Below, one piece after another: positions 29,392 to 38,036 of a DNA stretch of 64,000 nucleotides (position 1 is its first letter; the number at the start of each line of letters is the position of its first letter). A program made the position numbers and the translations under genes. The stretch is from Thermoplasmatota archaeon (lineage in GTDB: Archaea; Thermoplasmatota; Poseidoniia; Poseidoniales; Thalassarchaeaceae): assembly GCA_036154155.1 (NCBI GenBank), contig JAYZLP010000023.1:3056-67055 (forward strand). The letters are read 5' to 3'. The notes beneath the pieces were generated by a model. The model made no database searches. It was not told the DNA's origin and saw only the letters and a program-made list of their open reading frames with translations.

Positions 29392-30167
29392 TGTCTGTGC
29401 CACTAGTTCCAAAGCTCCTAAGGGCCCATCTAGCAGATCTAGCGTTGAATGACACGAGATTGGGCGATAGGGGCCAGTGGGATGGCAGAGAAGTCAAGCT
29501 TGAAACAGGCGTACTAGCAAACGCAGAGGGTTCTGCCAGAGTCACCATGGGCGATACTATTGTCTTGGCTGGAGTAAAGTTCCAGATCATGACACCATAC
29601 CCCGATAGGCCCAACCAAGGTGGCCTAATGTGCTCGTGCGAGGTTAGGCCAATAGCAGGACGTCACTGGGAAGCTGGACCTCCTAGCCCACAATCAATCG
29701 AACTCGGAAGGGTAGTCGACAGAGGAATTAGGGAATCTGGTTGCATTGACGTCGATGAACTGTGCATTATTCCAGGGGAGAAGGCATGGCAGGTCATCCT
29801 AGACCTTCATGCAATCTCCGATGACGGAAACCTATTCGATGCATTCGCATTGGCCGGTATCGCGGCTCTCAGGAGTGCTACCATTCCGGCCGAGAAGTTC
29901 GAGATTGGGGAAGACGCCCCGCTCAAGGTTTCCAAGACGCCGATAATGTGTTCATATCACAAGGTCGGAGGAAGGTTCGTTTACGACGCCTCTTATCGAG
30001 AGGAACTGGGTGGAGATGAGAGGATTCACATTACTCTGGGGGACGATGACCACGTACATTCCCTCCAGAAGGGTCTAAAGGGAATCTTCACGGCAGAAGA
30101 ATTCGAAGAGATAATGGAGCACGCTAAGGCAAGGTGTGCAGAACTCCGACAAATAGTAAATGGATAG
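29391..30167 (+). CDS. rrp42: Exosome subunit Rrp42 (RNase PH-like, non-catalytic)
   Basis: The fold is RNase PH-like (RLGDRGQWDGREVKLETGVLANAEGSARVTMGDT). The start overlaps the rrp41 stop (ATGA). Confidence 0.85.
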   Translation: MSVPLVPKLLRAHLADLALNDTRLGDRGQWDGREVKLETGVLANAEGSARVTMGDTIVLAGVKFQIMTPYPDRPNQGGLMCSCEVRPIAGRHWEAGPPSPQSIELGRVVDRGIRESGCIDVDELCIIPGEKAWQVILDLHAISDDGNLFDAFALAGIAALRSATIPAEKFEIGEDAPLKVSKTPIMCSYHKVGGRFVYDASYREELGGDERIHITLGDDDHVHSLQKGLKGIFTAEEFEEIMEHAKARCAELRQIVNG

Positions 30168-30175
30168 GTGCGATT

Positions 30176-30544
30176 ATGGCAAAGAGAACACAGAAGGCAG
30201 GCCTAACTGCACGCTTTGGATCCAGGTATGGAGTTAGCGTAAGGAGGAGGGCTGGCTCCGCACTTAGGAAGAAGTCCAGGGAGTACACATGCCCATCATG
30301 TCAGTATCCAAAGGTTAGGAGGAAGGTTGCAGGTATCTGGGAGTGTAGGAAGTGTGGCCACACATTCACAGGCGGCGTTTGGGAGCCATTCACTAGGGCA
30401 TCCGAGGCTAACAACAGGGTCATTCGAAGGTCTATGGAAGGGGCTACCGCCACAGACATGACTGTTATCGCACAGCAGGCAGCTCTGGATTATGAGCGCA
30501 AGATTGCGGAGGCCGAGAGCAATGACGACTCAGAGGAAGAGTGA
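30176..30544 (+). CDS. rpl37ae: Ribosomal protein L37ae (eL43) with an acidic C-terminal extension
   Basis: MAKRTQKAGLTARFGSRYG, followed by a C4 zinc ribbon CPSCQYPKVRR...CRKCGHTF. An acidic tail of about 30 aa follows. Confidence 0.85.
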   Translation: MAKRTQKAGLTARFGSRYGVSVRRRAGSALRKKSREYTCPSCQYPKVRRKVAGIWECRKCGHTFTGGVWEPFTRASEANNRVIRRSMEGATATDMTVIAQQAALDYERKIAEAESNDDSEEE

Positions 30545-30758
30545 CACGTCGTCAATCATCCTACGTGCCACACATCAAGACGCAGAGTCAATTTGCGCTG
30601 GAATGGTCACAGAGTCTGAGTTCAGCCTATCTGGCGAGAATATGGAATTCACACTCTCATCCAGAAGTATCTCAGATCTCCGAGCTAGGTGGAATTCACT
30701 ACTCAGGGGAATAGTCGCTTCGGAGCAAGCATTGAAGGCAATTAGGGACTCAAGGTGA
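30522..30758 (+). CDS. pcc1: KEOPS complex subunit Pcc1-like
   Basis: About 78 aa with alternating beta/alpha character and a C-terminal ...DLRARWNSLLRGIVASEQAL. It holds the conserved superoperon position downstream of L37ae. It overlaps the L37ae 3' end in another frame. The start is uncertain. Confidence 0.5.
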   Translation: MTTQRKSDTSSIILRATHQDAESICAGMVTESEFSLSGENMEFTLSSRSISDLRARWNSLLRGIVASEQALKAIRDSR

Positions 30759-30762
30759 AAGC

Positions 30763-31086
30763 ATGCAGGGCGGACAGGACGCGGGTGAGGCGCTGAAATT
30801 AGTAGCTCAGGAGCTACAGGCAGTAATGTCACAGATTCAAACAGTAAACTCCCAAATTAGTGAGCTTTCTATGACACTAGAGGCCCTTTCTTCACAGGAT
30901 CCAGAAAGGCCAGTATACCGAGCAGTAGGTAGCCTACTCTTGGAAGTGAGTGACAGGGACTCCCTCAAGTCAGACATTGAAACTTCAAGGAACTCATTCC
31001 AAACTCACATGGACAGGCTCTCAGAGAGGGAGTCCGAACTTAGGGAGAACTACGAGGAATTGGTCAAATCATTCGAATCGCAGTGA
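30763..31086 (+). CDS. pfdB: Prefoldin beta subunit
   Basis: 107 aa coiled-coil protein (QELQAVMSQIQTVNSQISELSMTLEAL...). It closes the superoperon. Confidence 0.8.
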   Translation: MQGGQDAGEALKLVAQELQAVMSQIQTVNSQISELSMTLEALSSQDPERPVYRAVGSLLLEVSDRDSLKSDIETSRNSFQTHMDRLSERESELRENYEELVKSFESQ

Positions 31087-31122
31087 GGTGGTCCAATTCC
31101 TTCCGAGAGTGATAATGAACCA

Positions 31123-31923
31123 TTGGATCAGAGCCTTGTGAAACTCCTGAGATTGATTTCATCCGGTGATATGGAAGAGGCAGTCCTTCTATCGGATGAG
31201 ATACTATCTAGATCGAGAACACCAGACGAAAGAGACCATCTGATTGAGGCCAGAGTCAGGATGGAAAGGGCTCTAGTTGGAGCGACACCCACGGAAGAGG
31301 TCGGCTCCGAATTAAGGTGGTGCGTTGACAGACTCAACGCGATATGCCCCGGCTCGGCATTGCATGGACTCGCCCTGCTAAACCTAGCTATTTGGCATTC
31401 AAATAAAGGCGAACAGATGATGGCCATGGCTGTCCACTCCGACATCTCGATTAGTTCTGGCCACCCAACAGATATCAGATCCCTGTCTAGGCTAGAAATT
31501 GCAAGAATTCTTGTGGGGATGTCCGACTTAGATCCCGCTATGAGGCACCTTTGGTCCGCACGAAGTGGTTTCATCGAATCGGGAATGGCGGCAGAAGCTT
31601 TGGTCTCCTCATTAGAGTGGTTGGACATCGCGCTAGACGGAGTCTCAGAAGATGCACCAAGCATGGAGAAGAGAATCGAAGACGCGGCTCCCAGGGAAGG
31701 TCCCGGAAACACATGGATTCCAGCCAATCCCTCTGACATTATTGATGTCGTCGAATACCTCATTCCACTACTTCTAGCTGACCTATCGGGACAAAATAGG
31801 GGAGACTTGGGACTAATTGTAGACGCCTCGGAGATTATTGGGAAACCCGAATGGATATCGGGTATGAAATCCAGGATTTCAGAAATTCAGGATGAGAGCG
31901 TCACCGAAGCACTCCAGTCGTGA
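31123..31923 (+). CDS. Hypothetical all-alpha protein
   Basis: 266 aa with helical, TPR-like composition. I recognise no motif in it. Confidence 0.4.
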   Translation: MDQSLVKLLRLISSGDMEEAVLLSDEILSRSRTPDERDHLIEARVRMERALVGATPTEEVGSELRWCVDRLNAICPGSALHGLALLNLAIWHSNKGEQMMAMAVHSDISISSGHPTDIRSLSRLEIARILVGMSDLDPAMRHLWSARSGFIESGMAAEALVSSLEWLDIALDGVSEDAPSMEKRIEDAAPREGPGNTWIPANPSDIIDVVEYLIPLLLADLSGQNRGDLGLIVDASEIIGKPEWISGMKSRISEIQDESVTEALQS

Positions 31924-32291
31924 TTCCTAATCGCATCTATCTCCGATACGCTCCATGCGAGTGAATTCGGCGCTTCTACACACCAGCCAACTTCTGCAAT
32001 CATCGGGTCAGTGGATAGCCACGGCTCAGGCCCGGGCTCTTCTTCCACTTCGATCCATACTACTACGCCCCCGTTCACTAGATTTTCATCATAGGCCTTG
32101 GCAGTTCCAAGCAATCCCGTTTCTTCATACAGCTCCCGTAGAGCTGCCACATCCCACTCCTCACCTTCGTCTGTGGCTCCCCCAGGAAACTCCCATCCCC
32201 TCTCTTCATGGAGTACCATTACCCAGGGATTCATTTCACCGCCGTGCTTCGATGTGACCCATGAAATCACAAATTTTTCACTCATCTCCAA
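31887..32291 (-). CDS. Nudix hydrolase
   Basis: Nudix box GWEFPGGATDEGEEWDVAALRELYEETGL (G x5 E x7 REUxEExGU). 134 aa. Confidence 0.8.
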   Translation of the reverse strand: MEMSEKFVISWVTSKHGGEMNPWVMVLHEERGWEFPGGATDEGEEWDVAALRELYEETGLLGTAKAYDENLVNGGVVVWIEVEEEPGPEPWLSTDPMIAEVGWCVEAPNSLAWSVSEIDAIRNHDWSASVTLSS

Positions 32292-33279
32292 TTTTCCTCC
32301 TAATCTCCTCTGTGATGTTGACAGCTTCAGAAACTCCCTCAGCTGCTAGGCGCCTAGCCACAAAGAATGCTTCAGAGAGCCTCCCTCCCTCAATTAGCCC
32401 CCTGACTTCTGCCAGTGGTTCCTCCTCAATCTCCTCTTCTGGAGAGCCTTCATCGACTCGGTCCAGAACTGGTGTGGCCATAGATTCCATCTTCCTCAAG
32501 AAATCCACTCTCTCGTTAACTGCGGGAATAATCCAAGGCCTACTTTCGCCACCGTCAAGAAGAGCCTCCATTCTTTCCTTGAATTGATCACGTACGTCCA
32601 TCTTGGGGAATTGCGTCTGTGCTTGATCGTAACAGATCCAAGCATCGCTATATTCTCCTCTACGTTCATGCATCCTTCCCAATTCGGCCCATGCCTCAAA
32701 GTTCGTAGGCCTTTGAGCCAGAATCAGTCTAGCTAGTGATAAGTAGCCATCTTCATCACCACTATCCCTGACTCTCTCTATTCTCCTTGAGAACAAGACA
32801 TTGGCCCTCCTGTCCCGCAGGTCTAGGGATTTGACCCTGGTGATGAAGGCAGAGATTTCTTCATTCGAGCCTGATATTGTCCCCCACCACTCGTCTGGGT
32901 CCAATGGATCAGCCGCCAGAGCCCCCTCCAGTATCATACTGCCCGACTCAAGCATGTCGACATCATCCAGCTGATTGAGAAGTTCCGGGTCCCTTCCCAG
33001 TACCGTGAAGATATCATCTAGTACCGCCCTAATCCCTTCCCGGTCACCGGATACAGCCTTGACCTTGAGAAGAACCCTCCAGTTATCCGGGTGGGTAAAG
33101 TCATGCAGTACGGCCTGTCGAGCATTCTGCTCTGCCCAACCAAGATTTGTAGAATCTGAATCAGTTCCATTTGCAATTTTCAGATACTTTACTGCCTGAC
33201 TTCTGTGGCGGTTCCCAAGACTCCTTCTTGGATGCTGTAGCTTATCGTCAATTGAGTCTACAGACATTGGATACCTCAC
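32278..33279 (-). CDS. Hypothetical TPR-like repeat protein
   Basis: 333 aa, helical and acidic. It overlaps the stops and starts of its neighbours, so it lies in an operon with the UbiD-family gene and the Nudix gene. Confidence 0.4.
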   Translation of the reverse strand: MRYPMSVDSIDDKLQHPRRSLGNRHRSQAVKYLKIANGTDSDSTNLGWAEQNARQAVLHDFTHPDNWRVLLKVKAVSGDREGIRAVLDDIFTVLGRDPELLNQLDDVDMLESGSMILEGALAADPLDPDEWWGTISGSNEEISAFITRVKSLDLRDRRANVLFSRRIERVRDSGDEDGYLSLARLILAQRPTNFEAWAELGRMHERRGEYSDAWICYDQAQTQFPKMDVRDQFKERMEALLDGGESRPWIIPAVNERVDFLRKMESMATPVLDRVDEGSPEEEIEEEPLAEVRGLIEGGRLSEAFFVARRLAAEGVSEAVNITEEIRRKIGDE

Positions 33280-34613
33280 AGAACCGACTCATACGGACTC
33301 CTGTCCTCATCTGGATCAAGTGTAGCATCCATCCCTATCTTACTAGTCATTCCATTCTCTGACCTGCTCGGGTCTAAACTGGAACCTTTCTGGTTAGAGA
33401 GAATAACTGTGTCAGCATCCGGCTGCCAACGTGTCATTAAGGCCCACTCCACCCTCATCGGGTCAGAAATATCGATATCCTCGTCCACCACAATCACCTG
33501 TTTCATTGATGGATGTCCCTCGAAGGCCGCCTGAATGGCCTTCCTACCATCCTCTGGGCCCTCGGGCACGATTTGAATAACCGATGCCAACCACCCACAG
33601 CCGCCATCTGTCATGTGAACGTCCGTGCACTTCACGACTTCCGATACCGCTGTTTTGATCGTCGGGGCTCTAGGCATTCCCATCAGGGTCCTATGCTCCA
33701 CGCCAGTGGGGATTATGGCGTGGAAGATAGGGTCGGACCTGTGATGCACGGCATCGTACTCGATAACATGCTCCTGCCGGACATCATCGACGGTTCCGGT
33801 AATGTCAACATAGGGGCCTTCATCATCCCGCTGAGGTGTAATTCTTGCTTGCATGGCATATTCTGCATCTGCGGGAACGATGACCCCATTGGATAACCGA
33901 ACTACCCTGAGGGGGCTACCGTGTAATTTCTCATGCAATGCCGCTGCTACGGTTAACTCGTCGACGTAGTCCGTGAAGGACATAGCAGCTGCAAGAAGTA
34001 CAGTTGGATCGGCGCCGTTCACTACGGCTATCTGGACATCTTCACCTTTGTCGGCGGCCATCGTGCTGAGGGTTCTGAGATGCCTCGGCACTAGCCTAGC
34101 AACTGTATGGTTCCCATCTCGCAATAGCTGCCTGTGGAATGACACATTCCTCACTCCTCCGTATTCAGCGATAATTATGGAAGCTGACTGATATCTCCCG
34201 CCATCCTCCCTGAAGTGCCAGGGTATTGGCAATTTTTCTAAATCCACTGAATCCTGCCCCGATTCCATTACTTCGGCATCCGATTTCTCAACCATGAGTG
34301 GCTCCGAGGGGTTCTCCATTGCCCACGCTAGGATGTCAATAAGCTCCCCAGGCCCCACATCAAACATCTCGCACAATCTAGAGCGTTCTAAGACATTGAG
34401 CGCGGCTCTGTGCCCGGGCGTTTCAGAAATATTGTTGAAAACCAAGGGAATATTGCCCATGGAAACAGACGTGTCCATCATATCGTAGTTTACACTAACA
34501 GAATCGTCTATGCGATGGACGCCCTCGAGCATATCGCGGAATGCCATGTACGGGGGCGACATCAGGTCGTGCTTCAATGTTAGTGAGACTATCGTACCTA
34601 GAGTGCTACTCAC
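33276..34613 (-). CDS. ubiD: UbiD-family (prFMN-dependent) decarboxylase
   Basis: 445 aa. UbiD-like sequence blocks appear throughout (…VVRLSNGVIVPADAEYAM…, …GTVDDVRQEHVIEYDAVHH…). Confidence 0.7.
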   Translation of the reverse strand: MSSTLGTIVSLTLKHDLMSPPYMAFRDMLEGVHRIDDSVSVNYDMMDTSVSMGNIPLVFNNISETPGHRAALNVLERSRLCEMFDVGPGELIDILAWAMENPSEPLMVEKSDAEVMESGQDSVDLEKLPIPWHFREDGGRYQSASIIIAEYGGVRNVSFHRQLLRDGNHTVARLVPRHLRTLSTMAADKGEDVQIAVVNGADPTVLLAAAMSFTDYVDELTVAAALHEKLHGSPLRVVRLSNGVIVPADAEYAMQARITPQRDDEGPYVDITGTVDDVRQEHVIEYDAVHHRSDPIFHAIIPTGVEHRTLMGMPRAPTIKTAVSEVVKCTDVHMTDGGCGWLASVIQIVPEGPEDGRKAIQAAFEGHPSMKQVIVVDEDIDISDPMRVEWALMTRWQPDADTVILSNQKGSSLDPSRSENGMTSKIGMDATLDPDEDRSPYESVL

Positions 34614-34680
34614 CTACGGTGACCCCGTCACGCTCTTATACCCCATGAGGGTCGGCGAGGCGTCATTCTGAGGTGTCACT

Positions 34681-35121
34681 TTGGGTAGAGGACTGTTCTC
34701 CGGCCAGAAGATGAAGACCGATAGGAAGAGGTATAGGTGGAAGGAGCGCAAGTTCCGGGACCGTCAATTCAAGCAACAGAGGGGCGGGGTGCTCAAGCAC
34801 GACCCCCTCCGTGGAAGCACCCAGGCCAAGGGAATAGTTGTCGAGAAGGTGGGCTTCGAGGCGAAACAGCCCAATTCTGGCATCAGGAAGGCTGTGAAGA
34901 TCAGCCTAATCAAGACTGGTAACCAACTAACGGCGTTCGCACCGGGAGATGGGGCCATCTCATTCATTGATGAGCACGATGAGGTCCTAGTCGAGGGTAT
35001 CGGAGGCAGCAAGGGACGTTCATACGGTGACCTTCCCGGTGTCAGATTCAAGGTAATCAAGGTAAACGGCGTCTCTCTTGACGAAATGGTAAGGGGACGC
35101 AAGGAGAAGCCGATTAGGTAG
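34681..35121 (+). CDS. rps12: 30S ribosomal protein S12 (uS12)
   Basis: [71 protein letters not shown] is diagnostic for uS12. Confidence 0.9.
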   Translation: MGRGLFSGQKMKTDRKRYRWKERKFRDRQFKQQRGGVLKHDPLRGSTQAKGIVVEKVGFEAKQPNSGIRKAVKISLIKTGNQLTAFAPGDGAISFIDEHDEVLVEGIGGSKGRSYGDLPGVRFKVIKVNGVSLDEMVRGRKEKPIR

Positions 35122-35129
35122 GTATTACG

Positions 35130-35726
35130 ATGTCCGAGAATACCGAATCACCCATAGCCGGTATAGGGACCATGGTGTTTGGCAAGTGGGACGCAACTGA
35201 GGTAACTTGCGCAGATCCCGGACTGGCCCCCTACATCAACCTGACAACCATAGGAACACCTCACAGCGGAGGTAGGCACGCAAATGCATGGTTCGGAAAG
35301 GCGAAGCTATCCGTGATTGAGAGGTTCATCAACAACCTGATGAGGACTGGAAAGTTCTCAGGAAAAAAGCAGCACTGTGTCAAGGCCTTTGAAGCAGCCC
35401 TCGACTCCATCAATGATAGGTCCGGGGAAAATCCCCTCCAATCATTCATCGATGCAATCGTAGAGGCCGCACCTTGCGAGGAAATTACCAGAATAAAGCA
35501 GGGAGCAGTAAGCACGCCCAAGGCCGTCGACTCTTCTCCTAGCAGACGTCTCGATATTGCTCTGAGGAACCTGTCAATAGGTTGTGCAGCAGCCACAGCA
35601 GGGAGCAAAAGAACACTCACCCAGGGAATTGTAAATGAAATCACAAAGGCAGCCGAGGGAGACGTTGGTGCATTCTCTATAGGAAAGAGAGAGGAAATTG
35701 AGAGAGTAGCAGCATCTGCAAGATGA
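35130..35726 (+). CDS. rps7: 30S ribosomal protein S7 (uS7)
   Basis: 198 aa. The gene order is S12-S7-EF2 (str operon). A conserved uS7 block is present (...ALRNLSIGCAAATAG...). Confidence 0.85.
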   Translation: MSENTESPIAGIGTMVFGKWDATEVTCADPGLAPYINLTTIGTPHSGGRHANAWFGKAKLSVIERFINNLMRTGKFSGKKQHCVKAFEAALDSINDRSGENPLQSFIDAIVEAAPCEEITRIKQGAVSTPKAVDSSPSRRLDIALRNLSIGCAAATAGSKRTLTQGIVNEITKAAEGDVGAFSIGKREEIERVAASAR

Positions 35727-35827
35727 TCCGTGCTAACTCTAAATCAGACCACTGAGGCATATTATGCCACCTTCACAATTGTATTTATGAACCAAAGTCA
35801 GGTCGCCGCATCAATTGAGGAATAGAG

Positions 35828-38035
35828 ATGGGTCGTAAGGAAGACAACATCAAGCGTGCTACAGAGATAATGCACGATAGGGAGCACATCAGAAACATCG
35901 CTATCGCAGCTCACATAGATCATGGAAAGACGACGCTTTCAGACAATCTAATCGCTGGCGCTGGAATGATGTCGGAGGACCTCGCAGGAAAGTCCAGGGT
36001 TCTGGACTTCGACGAGCAGGAAAGCGCGCGCGGTATCACGATCAATGCCGCCAGCGCTTCAATGGTACACAGCGTTGAAGGTCAGGACTACCTGATCAAT
36101 CTAATCGATACCCCCGGGCACGTTGATTTCGGTGGCGACGTCACCAGAGCGATGAGGGCCGTGGACGGCTGCATCATTCTTGCATGTGCCGTTGAGGGCA
36201 CAATGCCCCAGACCGAGACTGTTGTTCGCCAAGCGCTGAAGGAGAAGGTCCGCCCTGTTCTCTTCATCAACAAGGTTGACCGATTGATCAACGAGCTACA
36301 GATAGATGGCCCAGAGATGATGGAGCGATTCAAGAGGATCATCACCAAGGTCAACAAATTGATCACCACCTATGCGCCAGAGGACCTGAAGAAACAATGG
36401 CAGGTCTCCGTTGAGAATGGAACCGTTGCATTCGGCTCGGCTTACTACAATTGGGGGATGTCGATACCTTACATGCAGAAGAGCGGATTGAATTTCACAC
36501 AGATTTTTGAGTATTGCCACAACGATAACCAGAAGGAGCTTGCGAAACTCGCACCCGTTCACACCGTACTCCTCGACATGACCGTCGAAAAGCACCCTTC
36601 ACCCGTAATTGCTCAGAAGTACAGGATACCAAACATCTGGCAAGGGGACCTTGACTCAGGCGTTGGAAAGGCAATGATTGAGTGCGACCCAGATGGCCCG
36701 CTCTCACTCATGATAACCAAGATTTGGATGGACCCTCACGCTGGTGAGGTTGCTGTAGGAAGAGTCTACTCAGGCAGGATAAAGCATGGTGAATCCGTTT
36801 GGGCCATAGGTGCTGCGAAGGCTGAGAGGGTTCAGCAGGTCGGTATGATGGTCGGAGGCGACAGAATCGCCACATCAGAAGTTACATCTGGAAATATTGC
36901 TGCAATAACGGGAATCCGCAGCGCTGCTGCAGGCGTGACCATTGCCAGGGAGAAGGACGCAGCACCATTTGAGGCGATCAGGCACATCTCCGAACCTGTC
37001 GTCACTGTTGCAGTTGAGCCTAAGTCGATGAAGGACCTTCCAAAGTTCATCGACGCTCTGAGGGGCCTCGCCAAAGCAGATGCCTCATTGGACGTCTCAA
37101 CTAACCAGGAAACCGGTGAGGCATTGTTGGCAGGAATGGGCGAACTGCATCTCGAAATCACAGTATACAGGCTCGAAGAAGAGCAGGGCATCAAAGTAAA
37201 GGTAAGCGAGCCAATTGTCGTTTACAGGGAATCAGTACAGAGCACTAACACCGGAAGCCCGTTCGAAGGTAAGTCCCCTAACAGGCACAACCGTTTCTAC
37301 ATCGAGATAGAACCCCTTCCTGATGTAGTCGTTGAGCAGCTCAGGGCTGGCGAATTCAGAGACGGAGCAGTCAGAACCAAGGATGCCAAAGAAGTCGGAG
37401 ATAAGTTCGCCGAACTTGGAATGAACAAGGATCTGATGAGGAAAATATACGCTATCAATGGAACGAATGTACTAGTCAATGACACTAAGGGGATTCAGAA
37501 CCTCCACGAGACCAGGGAGCTCATTATCGAGGGCTTCAATGATGTTTGTAAGAAAGGCCCTGTTGCCGACGAGCCTTTGATGGGTGTCATGGTTAGGCTG
37601 GTAGACGCAAAGCTTCACGAGGATGCCATCCACAGGGGCCCAGCACAAACCATTCCAGCTGTAAGAAACGCGGTTAAGGGGGCATTCATGAGATCCAGGC
37701 CAGTAATTTTCGAACCAATACAGAAGATACAGATCGACTCACCGAATGACGTAATTGGCGGAGTTACAAGGGAGGTGTCCACGAGGAGAGGGATCATCGA
37801 GGACATGCCAGTGGAGGACGGAGTTACAAAGGTCATAGGAACAATCCCTGTTGCCGAGACTTTCGGTTTCTCTAACGACATACGTGCAGCCAGCCAAGGA
37901 AGGGCGATATGGAACACTGAGAATGCTGGATTCGTACATCTTCCACCTAACCTATTTGAGAAGGTCACCGCTGAGATCAGGGAGAGGAAGGGACTCAACC
38001 CTGACATCCCAGGCGAATCTCATTACCAGGATTGA
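35828..38035 (+). CDS. fusA: Elongation factor 2 (aEF-2)
   Basis: NIAIAAHIDHGKTTLSDNL is the G1 motif and DTPGHVDF is G3. 735 aa. The diphthamide loop region is near the C-terminus. Confidence 0.95.
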   Translation: MGRKEDNIKRATEIMHDREHIRNIAIAAHIDHGKTTLSDNLIAGAGMMSEDLAGKSRVLDFDEQESARGITINAASASMVHSVEGQDYLINLIDTPGHVDFGGDVTRAMRAVDGCIILACAVEGTMPQTETVVRQALKEKVRPVLFINKVDRLINELQIDGPEMMERFKRIITKVNKLITTYAPEDLKKQWQVSVENGTVAFGSAYYNWGMSIPYMQKSGLNFTQIFEYCHNDNQKELAKLAPVHTVLLDMTVEKHPSPVIAQKYRIPNIWQGDLDSGVGKAMIECDPDGPLSLMITKIWMDPHAGEVAVGRVYSGRIKHGESVWAIGAAKAERVQQVGMMVGGDRIATSEVTSGNIAAITGIRSAAAGVTIAREKDAAPFEAIRHISEPVVTVAVEPKSMKDLPKFIDALRGLAKADASLDVSTNQETGEALLAGMGELHLEITVYRLEEEQGIKVKVSEPIVVYRESVQSTNTGSPFEGKSPNRHNRFYIEIEPLPDVVVEQLRAGEFRDGAVRTKDAKEVGDKFAELGMNKDLMRKIYAINGTNVLVNDTKGIQNLHETRELIIEGFNDVCKKGPVADEPLMGVMVRLVDAKLHEDAIHRGPAQTIPAVRNAVKGAFMRSRPVIFEPIQKIQIDSPNDVIGGVTREVSTRRGIIEDMPVEDGVTKVIGTIPVAETFGFSNDIRAASQGRAIWNTENAGFVHLPPNLFEKVTAEIRERKGLNPDIPGESHYQD

Positions 38036-38036
38036 A

